This document shows, in pieces, positions 27,501-39,500 of a DNA stretch of 54,400 nucleotides; within the stretch, counting starts at the first letter, position 1; each line of letters starts with the position of its first letter. Below the pieces are notes generated by a model. It was not told the DNA's origin, did not search any database, and saw only the letters and a program-made list of their open reading frames with translations. The translations under genes were made by a program, and so were the position numbers. The DNA is from Catajapyx aquilonaris (lineage: Eukaryota), in the NCBI GenBank assembly GCA_000934665.2, contig KZ538151.1, positions 62,001 to 116,400 of the forward strand. Direction: 5' to 3'.

Positions 27501-30500
27501 CCTGGTCTGTTTCCAGCCTTGCCATCAAGGCTGGCTTGAATTGGATCAGGTCTCGCGGGGAATGGCATGGGAAGGAGGGGGGGGGGGGGAGGGGCTCCTG
27601 GGATCGCTCAATAGTTGAGATCCTCGGCAAGGATGAGAACCTCCTGCTTTTGCACTAAGGAGCTTCTCTCCTCCAATCCCCTCCCCCCCATCATGCCAAG
27701 AGACTATATACCTTCTCTATAGAGAGAGAGAGAGAGTCGCTTGCTCAGTTGACAACTTCTCCTTTTCATTTCGTCGCATCCGTCTCCCTGGCAGGAAATC
27801 GAAACCGGATTATTATTTGAGACTTCCGAATGCATTCACGCCCCCGGATATTAATGAACTCTCAACCGCCTTTTCCTCTCTTTCTCTCTATACCATTTTT
27901 TTGGTATAAAACATTTCAACCCGTCCCCACCCCACTGATGGTCTCTCTCTGCTTAACATTGGAAATATGCATGAGGATTCGCGAGCTTCCATATTTGAAT
28001 CCCAGGCGTGTTTGTTGGCAGGAGAATTATTCGCTAAAGGTTGGGAAAAACTGGGCGGATATCAATAGGATCTATTTAGTAATGCGAATAATGAAATGAG
28101 GGAGGTTCTGGGGGGACTCAGGTTGTGTAATTAAAATGTTGCCCCCCCTTTTGGCCGGATAAATTATTATTAACCGAGCTGCTGCACAACTGCTTGTAGC
28201 AAATAAATAAGTGTAGGGGTACTGTATATTTCATGCATAAATTATGCAGTAGCATCTTGGGCATCCTTGACCCGCGTTTAAAAGTAACTGATGTTGAAGG
28301 TTAGCCAGAGAGATACTTTGTCATCACCCGGGATTACACTTCAATTATTCAGATTCCATGAGGGAAATATGTCGACAGAATATTTTAAGAATACAGTAAG
28401 TACAACCTGTAAAAATCCTGTCACTTTAAGCAACTCCTTCTGAGAAGGTAATAACTGTGGATGTATACCATTAGTGACTTCATATGTTCCACGTATGCCA
28501 GTTGAAATCGTGCATTTTATTTTTCAATCCATCATCTTCAGAGACATGTTACATTGTCCGGCAGCAATGGACACTAGCCGCATTTTAATATTTACATCTT
28601 CCTTTGCATGTACTTTCAAACACATGGCCGTATGTCACAATGGGTCTGAAAAGCAAGAGCCATAATGCCATATTTTTTGCACTCGCATGATTGACCATTC
28701 GTGGCCACCAGAGTACAAAAAATATATATACGGGGTAGAGAAGGGAGATGGTGGGGGTGGTATAGGTTAACGTGAGTTTCTATAGAATGTGATTTATCCG
28801 GCACGCCACATTGCGTTATACGATTTCCAGTTCGTTTCTGTATACCCGAACTAGACCTCCACCTTTACTGCACCAGCAAATAAAAACTGGGAGGAAAAAA
28901 AAGAGGAAGAAAAGCTCTTCTAAACCGGATCGGGGGAGCTTCTTTCAGGAGCCATTAGATAAGAAAATGTAAGATTTCAGGTGCATCTTCTTCTCCACCA
29001 CCACTACCACTCCCACCTCGTTTCCTTTCTCTAAATTCATCGGGTTCAATTTCCGCACCGAATGAGATTACGGTTGGCGGTCTCTCAGACTGCAAAGTAA
29101 ATCCGATGTCGGATCCTGTCAATCAATACACCCTGTACTTGTGTACAATTTTTTTTGGGAGCCATGCATGCTATACATGGAAAGGGGGGGAGGCTTATCG
29201 ACATTTTTTCTTCCTAAGAATTGGGAGAAGGGGGAACTTTTTTCTTATGTTGCTAGCACCCTGAGTGAAATCGATATTGAAATGAAAAGAGGGTAAAAAA
29301 AATTTGGGAGGGGATGGTGTGGCTTGGTGTATAGTAACATATTATTGGATTTCAATTAGGTGTGTGCCCTGTGCTGTGCAGCGGTCGTGGTGAGTACGTG
29401 AATGGGGAATGCCAATGCAACCCTGGCTGGAAAGGAAAGGAATGCAGTCTGAGGCACGACGAGTGCGAGGTTCCGGACTGCAACGGACATGGACACTGCG
29501 TCAACGGGAAGTGCGTCTGCGTCAGAGGATACAAGGCCGAGTTCTGTCAGGAAGGTAAGGTCGCATTTTTTTTCCACAAAATTCTGCTGTGTCAACACCT
29601 GTCAGGCCGACACTGTACAGTAAATCAATCCCATCATCAGTGGCACGGATTAATTCAGTGTTTGAAATGCATCTTCAAAGTCGGATTTTGTATGGGAACC
29701 GAATATGCGAATTCCAAACATCAAAACCTAGTTTTTTTTGTAGCCAAACAATTCTTTTCAGCATGAATAACTAATTGAGGCTGTATATAGGCGGAGTTCG
29801 GCCGATTTTTTTTTCTCTTCCGTATGTGCATCGCTTCATTGACACTCGCTCATAATGTTATGAAAAGCAGGAAAGCCCAGAGCCTTTTGCCGTTTGATGT
29901 GCTGATTCCCCCGATTTTTCACTATTCCCTTTCCGGACCATGGGGGGGTACAGTGCATTGATTTTCTGCCGAACTGCCCCGGAAAAAAAGAGGACTACTT
30001 CGACATGATCCTACCAAATGAGAAGTGAGTTCACGACCAGGAGGTGGGAGTTGATGAGGATTTTTTTTTTCCCCGTAGCAAACTTGCTCTAGGCATGTTC
30101 GTATGTTTCAAGCGGACCAGCTTGTTCTGCGGAACCAAAAATGTTCCCTGAATAGAAATTTTACGCACAAAAAAAGCGCACATGTTGGAAGAAGTGCAAC
30201 TTAAAAAAAAAATCAACAAAGAACCGATAACTATATGGTAAGACTTGAACTATCGATCCATTGGACAACCGATTTTTAGACAAGTTTTTGTGCGTGCGTA
30301 GGTTCCGATCATCGATGGACTAATCAATAGCGCTTTCACTGCGATCCGTCGCCGGAGATTGCGCCTTGTGACCTGCCTATCGATTCCGATTCATTTACCG
30401 GAATCATATCAATTGAAATTAATGTTCACTCTTTATTTTTTTTGGGGGGGGGGGCGAGAAAGAGAAGGGGGTAAGGGACCCCTCCTTGATCGATATTTTG

Positions 30501-33500
30501 AGTGTACCAAACTTAGTTCCCATCCCGTATTAGTCGAGTCACTCAAGTGTCAAATGACAGGCGGGAATCTTTTTGCCCGAGGATAGTCTTTTGGAGGTAT
30601 TTTCTTCTCTTTTCTTCTACCTTGTAATGGAGAGGGAAAGAAAGTTTTGTAGACATCTCCTGCTCTGCTCAGCACACATTTTGTATCGATCTTGGAAGGA
30701 AGGGTATATATCGCTGCGAGAGAAAGAGCCGGGAGTAGGCCCAGCCCCAGGTTTTTTTTGGAGGGGGGGAGGGGGGACTCCCACAAGACTATTTGGTTTG
30801 CAGTCATGCAACACTTTAATGGGTTTTTGGTGTACGTGGTGAGATCTGCACCTGATCTTGACGTGAGGTACTGCCGAGGTGGAAGCGACGATATGACGAC
30901 AATGGTGAGACGTGACTTCATTTCATCCATCGCGTCACCTGTACTCACAAATCTGTGCTTTAAAATATTTGCGACAAAAGAAAAAAAAATCATCAGAGGT
31001 CGGGTCAAGTAACAATCGCAAAAAAATTTGAAATTGCGAATGAGATGCGTCCACTATAACTTGCGTTTTACAGGGCTTTGAGGATGTTTCTGGACAGCGA
31101 AATCCTTTCAAGGGCTCTTTTGTTGCTTTTTCTTACTTGCTGGAAGAGTGAGGTTGGAGGGAGTGGGGGGGAGAAACCACGCTTGCCATTTGACATCCGC
31201 AAATTTCCCACACTCACACACCTACACATTCACAGAGAACCCTTTTGCCTCCCCCCCCCCCCCTTTTTAGGTGGACTGGGGAGGTGGGTTTATATTCATG
31301 GGTTTTATCGCGGAAATAATTAGCGCCGACAAATTGCAAATTAAATGGCGACCACGTTGCTGTTATCCGGTCCGCTTATTTCAAGGGAATACGCGCGAAA
31401 ACCCTGAAATATTAACGTTATAATTAGCTTTGCTAACATCCGGGTGTTAAACTTGTTTAGAGCAAAGTCCTTAATGCGGGTGTAGTTTTTTTTTGGCTGG
31501 TGGAAAAGCGGTGCACAAATTTTGCAGCTTGCACAGTGAGCTATAAAGATTTGGATCGCTAATTATTTTAATGTTTAATTTTTGCCGGGGTCGGGCACTG
31601 TACGCGTGATGTATTTATCTACACCATAAAGTGTGCACGGTTAGTCATGAAAACCACTAAACAAGGGTTTAAAAATGCGCCCTTTAAACCCCTCTCTAAA
31701 CATTGCTGGTAATGTTGTTAATAATTAAATTTGTGGATTACATATTGCACAATTATTTACCTGAGTAGCTTTTCACTCTTTATGTGTCCAATGCGTTTGA
31801 GAGAAGTTTTTATTTAGATTTATCCGAAAGCTTGATTGTTTTTTGTTTAATGTTTAATCAAATGGAAGAAACTTGAATTGCTTGATTGAATTTTTTGAGC
31901 GAATAATGTTCCGAAAAATGCATACTTTTACATAACATCGAGCACATACATTTTCATGATCGATCTTGCTCCAGTCGCACACTCCCCCAAATATTATTCA
32001 TGAAAACATTTGCATTTTACGCACAAAAGTTGACCTTTCTTCGACTCTAGTGATTCGGAATTTTTTTGGGGGAATTTCCTCTCCCTTTTCCCCCTTCCCC
32101 CCCCCCCCTCCATTTTTTGTGTGTTACTTCTCACAATAATATTGGAGAGAGTTGGCTCTGCACTTGCGGCACCCTGGGAGTGTTTTTCTAACCGTCGAAG
32201 CCATCTTCACTCCCCATTTTTTTCTCTCTCTCTTCCATTTCTATATACACCAACCATTCCCCTCCCTCCTCCAATCAATAGGCCTAATAATCGAGGCCTA
32301 TTTCTACTCCAGTGGAACGTGGAAAGTCGCTCCCGATGCAAATGCTTTCTCCTCGGCTGACTCGGTTAAAATTTTCCTCCAACCCACCACCACTACTTTG
32401 AGAGAACTGCAAGCGAGCTGGGATAGGAACTCCCCCCCCCCCCCCCCCCAAAAAAAAGGTATAGGGGGGGATCAATATCCGCAGACAAATACGTATCAGA
32501 GGGTAAGCGAAAGGCCACGTCGGGGAGTTGTAGAAAAACAGAAAAGGAAATTCGTGCACCTGCCTGCAAATTGCCTCTTTTGCATCGCCACCTAAGAGCT
32601 AACTGGTTTCCGCCAGAGTTCACTTCGGACTTGAGCAAAAGGAAGGCTCCTTCTCTCTCAAAATTTGAATTCCAGATTCCATCTAACCTTTTCCAATTGG
32701 AACTTCGCTCTCTTCCTTCTTCCTTTTTTTTTGGGAGGGGAAGGAGGTCGAGAGAGGAACCCAAGGCCCCACAGTTTCTGTTCCTTTCATTTTAGTGCGG
32801 TTTTGAGTAGCGACTTGGGCTTCATTTGCTTGTTTATTTGCACATTTGTATGCAAAGCTGCGTCCACCTTGTTTCCGCGGCCTCGCAATAATCCTCTTTT
32901 ATATTACGGACGGATTCGGGGGAAGGAGAAAGTGCGGAAAAGAAAATCGAAAAAAAGAGAAGGCTCCTCCTCGACCCCTTATTCGGGAGAGCTGGCTGGT
33001 GTGGAAGGATCGCAAAAAAAAACTTTTCGCAAAAATTTAATCAATATGCAATGTATATGTAAGTGGATCGGTGTTTAAAACCTATTCCAAAAGCTGTAGA
33101 AAAACATCTGAGATGGTCGCAGATTATATTTGGGTTGATCATGTGATTTTGCACGGATTGCACGAATTGTTTTATTTTAAGGGGACCGTAGCATAGCGTT
33201 TCAACAATGAATTTTTCCTACTTCTTGTTATTGCGTTTTTTTAATTCGCCCTAACTCAAGTTCTGCTGTAGGTAGAGCTTCCAAATTTTGAACACAGATC
33301 CCCACCGTCGTGAATTGATTTCCTACCATTTACACTTTTACTTAATTCCTCTTCAAAACGCCGCAAAAAATTTAAAACCGCAAAAAATACGTTTTAATTT
33401 TTTTGCTCAATAACTATTCTGAATTAGGTTCCTTCTTCAACGGGCCGAAGGTGCAGTGGGATGGTGCGGATCTATGTCCAAAATCGCACAGTTCCCACTG

Positions 33501-36500
33501 CTGCAGAATTGGAGCTGTGATTTTTTTACCTCTTATTTTTTCTGTCATTACTTCATTTGTTCATGACGCCATCACCTAGAAACGACAATTCTTGTTTCCC
33601 AACTAGCCATATTGTTATTAGCGAAATGTTATACCCTGCCGCTGCTATAAGGTGAACGCATTGTACTTATTACAGATTTACAGTTGAATCCGGATAGAAC
33701 AGCCTCGGCTATAACAGACTTGGTTATAAAGGCTGTCCCGGCATCGGCATGCTTCCATTAGGCACTGTGTATTTTCACTCCTGATATAACAGACTCATTT
33801 TCACCTCACCTCGGGTATAACAGACCATTTCTTGGACCCTCGGTAGGAAAATATTGTTTTCCAGGTATAAAATTTGCAAAAAGGAGACGGCAGAAGGAAA
33901 TTTCGGATGTTTTGGTCCTGGGATAATTTTCGGGTGAGCCATCAATATTGCATTTTTGACAGATTTCATTAATCGGTATGTAGTCTAGTAGTGCATAGTA
34001 CAGCCACATTGAAAGCAGACATTTATGTTTACGTTGCGTGACGATTCGGCTATAACAGACCTCGGTTATAACATACTTTTTCCGCAGTCTCTTGAAGTTT
34101 GTTGTATCCGGATTCAACTGTACTATTAACCCCGTTCGCTCCCTGATATCGCCATCCCAGCTAGGTAATACCAGTCAACTCTTAAGCTGATTTAATTATG
34201 AAATTATGTTACAGTAGGCGGAATATCTACCTTGAGGAATGTGCCAGACTAATATTAAAATTTGCTGCAATCGTTGCATTTCGCGAAAATTAAATAAGTT
34301 TGGGAGTTTTCAAATTTGACAGAGGCAAGCCACACATAGTATTGATTTAATTCTTGGAAAGTTCCACGATTTCAGTAAATTCGTCTGGTGCGGTTCTCAA
34401 TGTAGATAATTGAAGGGTTGCCCCGAATAATGCTGTAAGTGACATTGGTGACAGTTGTCTAGTTTTGGTTTCCGCGAGTCCGGGAATTGGAAAAAATACA
34501 TGTCCTGGGCATTTCCATGCAAACACAGACATACTGTCCGTTCGTTACGCAGGTTTTGTAGACATGTACTTGCGTATTTTATTGTAACGTGCCAGACGAA
34601 CTGATTGGCTGAAATCGTCGCATTTCGCGAAAATTAAGTACGGTTGGGAGTTTTCAGATGTGACGGAGGCAAGTTGCAGATAAGTATTGATTGAATTCTT
34701 GCAAAGTACCACGATTTCAGCAAATTCGTCTGGTGCAGTTCTCAATGTATATATTCCGTATATTTTAGCGTATAGGCTATATACATAATAATTAAATCAG
34801 ACTAACCGTTGGTTGGTACCACTCGACTTTCGTTTTTTTACGACTATCTCTGTGAAAATAATTTTAGGGACTTCTAAGCGACGAAAATCGTCTCCAATGC
34901 ATTCATAGTGCAGACTGTATAGTGTAGAGTTATTTGTACTGTCAAAAAAGAACTGAAATTAGATCAAAAACTTTCCCTTCAGTAAAAAAAAGAGAAGTAA
35001 GACCTCCTTGGCGGAATGAAGGTACTGAAACAAGGCAGGCGCACGTAAGACCTTCACCAATTGATTTAAGCTGTACCATAGGTCTTACTCAAGCAATTCT
35101 CAAGTGCGGTATGGAACGTCTCGTAGAATGACTGCTGCAAACTATACTCAGAGCAGTAGGTAGGATTTTATTATGAAAAGAAAAAAATTGGGAAAAAACT
35201 AAACTCATCTGGGTCCAATCGAAAAAGACCCTCTAAAATTCACCAATTAACGTTTATATGTGAAAAATTAAGCATTAGAGTTGAAATCAGCATCTAAAAG
35301 AGGTGACGATTCTGCATGAATGTTTCATGGCAATATTCGCACTAATCGCATAGAAATTCAATGTGCTTAATATTGAAGTTCCGAATTTCATAAAACACTA
35401 ATATGGAGTGGCTCATGGAAAATTAATGGGTGTAATTTTCGTCGTACTACTATTACTATTAACTATAGGTCATTAGGTCTGTATAGTTACTGCTAACTTA
35501 GCAGTACCATTGCACTACACTGGTACTGCTAAGTTAGAAGTAACTAGTAGTACGACAGAAATTCCACAAATTATTGTTTTCAGAAAGGAGAAAGGAGAAA
35601 GGAGTAGTAAATTGGTAATTGCTTGAGTAAGACCTATGGTACAGCTTAAATCAATTGGTGAAGGTCTTACGTGCGCCGGCCTTGTTTCAGTACTTTTATT
35701 CCGCCGCGGAGGTCTTACTTCTCTTTTTTTTACTGAAGGGAAAGTTTTTGATCTAATGTATGTTTTGACCTCATGTCACGCCTGGGTCGCTCAAAAACAT
35801 ACAGACGATTTTTCACTTGAATCAAATGCAAAATCGTCTCTATCTTTTTAAGAATTATAATACATGCTACAGTGCAATCCCTTCTGCACTTTTTTTTTTT
35901 TTGGAAACAATGTTTTGTACCATCGACCGCCTGATATTCGTTCCTATGCAGTACCGGTACAAGACTCTATCGAAAAGCGGGCCATTTTTTCACCCTGTAC
36001 CTCCCTGGCTTGAATGTGTCACTAATGTGCCAACTATAAAAAGCTCGACTCGCGGGGCACTAAAACCGGGCGAATAGGACCTACTTGGTCGTTTTTACCT
36101 TCCTCCACAGCCTCGTAAAGAGAAAGTGTTTACGATATCTTATAGATATGTATTTTAATTCTGGTTTATAGGCCTTTGCACCCCCACTATCCTCCGTCGT
36201 CTTTGATGAAAATGGGTCCTCTGGTGTCTCTCTCTCTTTTTTTTGGAAGGGCAGGAGGCTGTAAACGCTATGTGCAGATAGATGAGCTTCTTAATTTTGC
36301 AGCCCTCGTCTCTCCTCTAGTCTGTATAAGCTAGCAGGAGGTTGCCTCGAGTTAACGGCCTCGATAAGTGCGCATGTAACCGTTATCAGGGCCTCTTAAA
36401 GCCATTGTGCAATACCTGTCTATAATGTGTAATTTCTACTGTGTTAAAAGCGCACGGACCTGCCGTGAAAGCCTTTTGACCAAAATGGCAATTTGGGTTG

Positions 36501-39500
36501 AAAAGTGTAGATGAAATGTTTTTTTTTTCTAAACACCATGTGTTGTGCATTTTCCAACAATGCGTTAGGCGAGGTTAGTCATGATCTGGTTGCCACCCGG
36601 AGCACGTGGGAAGTGTAAATATCGACTTGACAAGGTCGATGGCGCCGAGTAAAGTAAGTTACAGCCCCCCCNNNNNCCCCTCGCCTCCCCCTTCCAAAAA
36701 AAAATTCAGGACGTGTTGGGTCGTGTACGGGTGCAGTACATGCCAAATTCATATTCGCTCCCCTCTCCTTGCGAAAAAAAGAAAAGTGCATCAGCTCCAA
36801 CCCCTGTCGAAATCGAACTGGCAAACTTGTCACTCGACGACGCCCAGTCCTGACGAGCATTTTGCAGCGTTGGTTAGAGGGGGAGAGAGAGAGAGAGGCG
36901 GGGCACTGAACCCAATTTTCCCCCAACATGGATTTCCTCTCTGGGTTTTTGCTCCAGCCATTGGGTCCCTGCCATGCTGTTAATGAGCGGCGGCCACCTC
37001 ATTAGACGTCCTGGCCTCTGTTTATAACAATGGTCCTGATTGTTGCAGTGGACTGTCCGCACCCGCTGTGCTCCGGACACGGTTTCTGCGTGCAAGGGAC
37101 ATGCATGTGCAAGAAAGGCTGGAAGGGACCTGACTGCAGCCAGATGGACGACGAGGCTCTGCAGTGTCTTCCAGATTGCTCTGGACATGGACGATTCGAC
37201 CTGGAGACGCAAAGTTGCATTTGCGAGACCAACAGGATGGGAGATGACTGCTCGCAAGGTCAGTTATTATTTTCCTGGAAGCGGCAAATCCTCCGTCAAA
37301 TCCACCAAATTCCGCCAAATCCGTCAATTCCGCCAAATCCGTCAAATCCGTCAAATCCGCCAAATCCGTCAAATCCGTCAAATCCGTCAATTCAGGAATG
37401 AGTTTTAGACCTATCTCAACAATAGTATGGATCAAAGTTTTGAAATTGTCGATTACAATACTAGCCCATTGCAGAAACACATAAACCCAATGCGGCACTC
37501 TAATAACTTCTCAGAGCCTTCACTCAAGACTGCTAATTAACGTCATTGGCGGAGACTCTCACCCAAGCTCCTTCCTTTCCCCCCCGCAATTTGATTGGAG
37601 AAAAATCGTTACTTTGTCTTGCCTTGCTTCTTGCGCCGTAATTTGAAGAACTAATAGCTTCTAGGGTGTTTAAAGTTTACACCCATTTCTTCCTCCTCCA
37701 CCTCCCCCCAAAAAAGGAGGAAGAAAAAAAAAGTTTCCTTAAATCTTGGTAATCCTTGCCGGGAGATAATTTCTTCTGGAAACTGTCAGAAGTTATTAGA
37801 AAGCTCCGGGCTATTTTCTGTAATGGCTGCGAGCCAGAGGAATGAAAGTTGCGAAATTAAGCCTAAGCTGCTTTCTAGCTTGGAAAGGATGGGGGAGGTA
37901 TGGGTGGGTTAATGAAGAGGTCGGATTTTGTGTGTTTCCACAGCCATTCATATGTACAGGGTGATTTTTTTTTTTTGATTCGAGTAATTTTTTTTTGCAG
38001 AGTTGTGCGATTTGGATTGCGGTCCACATGGACAGTGCGTGGGAGGTGCGTGCATGTGCGAAGAAGGATGGTTCGGTCCGTTGTGCAACCAGAGGCAGTG
38101 TGATCCTCGGTGTAATGAGCATGGGCAATGCAAGAATGGTACATGCTTGTGCGTCACAGGGTGGAACGGAAGGCACTGCACTTTGGAAGGGTGTCCCAAC
38201 GGATGCAGCAACCACGGTCAGTGCAAGACAGGGTACGATGGACTCTGGGAGTGCAAGTGTCACAGCGGATGGGACGGACGGGACTGCAACATACCGCTCG
38301 AACTCAACTGCAACGACGGAAGGGACAACGACAAAGGTATGATGACAACTTTCATCTTATATCATTTTTGTTGCCAAGTCGTAAAAGATAGAGGGGAAAA
38401 AATTCAGAGCGGTATACCGCAGCACTTATGCTGTCAAAATCCGGTCCTGGTGGGGAAGTTGTCGTTTACGAGCTTCAACTCCCAGCTTTTGTTTCTATAT
38501 ATTTTTTATGTTAATGGCGGAACTCTTATAACTAGAATTTCCCTACCATCCATTCGAGAAGGGGGGGCTTCGCTTTTATAAAACTTTTACGACCCGGCTT
38601 TTTTTTAAAGGGAGAATTCTACCCCAAACTTGTGGAGATATACCTGCCTTATTTTTTTTACTGCCGCCTTCTGTGATAACCGAGGGTTTTTTTTTTCCTT
38701 CCCAGCAGCGTTATCGGTGTGGTGTAAACCTGGCTTACAGTAATTTTAATTTCAGGCTGTGCTTAAGGGGTCCTCCATTTTGTTCCGGAGACGGGGAAAT
38801 ACACTTAAGCCCGTGAAAATTTCGACTTTTCGGCCTTCCTCCTCTCTCCACTTCTACTTTCCCCACCTCGTAAATTGTTCCCGAAAGCAATCAGCGACTT
38901 TGTTCCGTCGGTGTGGGGACCAACTCCATCCATTATCAAGGAGGAAAAAGTAAAAGTGTGTTAGCTTTTCCAGACCTTACCGTTTGGCTCCGTCGAATTT
39001 CCTTGTGTTTACTCCATTGCAACATATAACTCGACCGAAACATTTTCTTCAATGTAATAACATGTGTTTTAAAATTTTTGTTCGCCCAGACCGACTGACA
39101 GACTGCGAGGACCCTGAGTGTTGCTCCAGTCACCATTGTAGAGGAAGCCAGCTGTGCGTGTCCGCTCCCAAGCCCATAGACATCCTCCTGAGGAAGCAGC
39201 CACCTGCGGTCACAGCCTCCTTCTTCGAGAGGATGAAGTTCCTAATAGAGGAGGGAAGTCTACAGAACTACGCCAGACAGGACGCCTTCAACGAAAGGTG
39301 AGGAAGGTGGACATTTTGTCACACCCTGTGCCTGCACAGTATATGCCAGGAGAAAAAAAAATACACCAAGGATGAGAAAAAAGTGGGGGGGGGTCGAACG
39401 AAGAGTGGCTGGTCCATCATTTTTCATCCGTCTTAGGTTCCCTTGCCTCCCTCCCACCTCCCCCCAAAAAATCGGATGCGGGTGGCAAGTTTCATCACCC

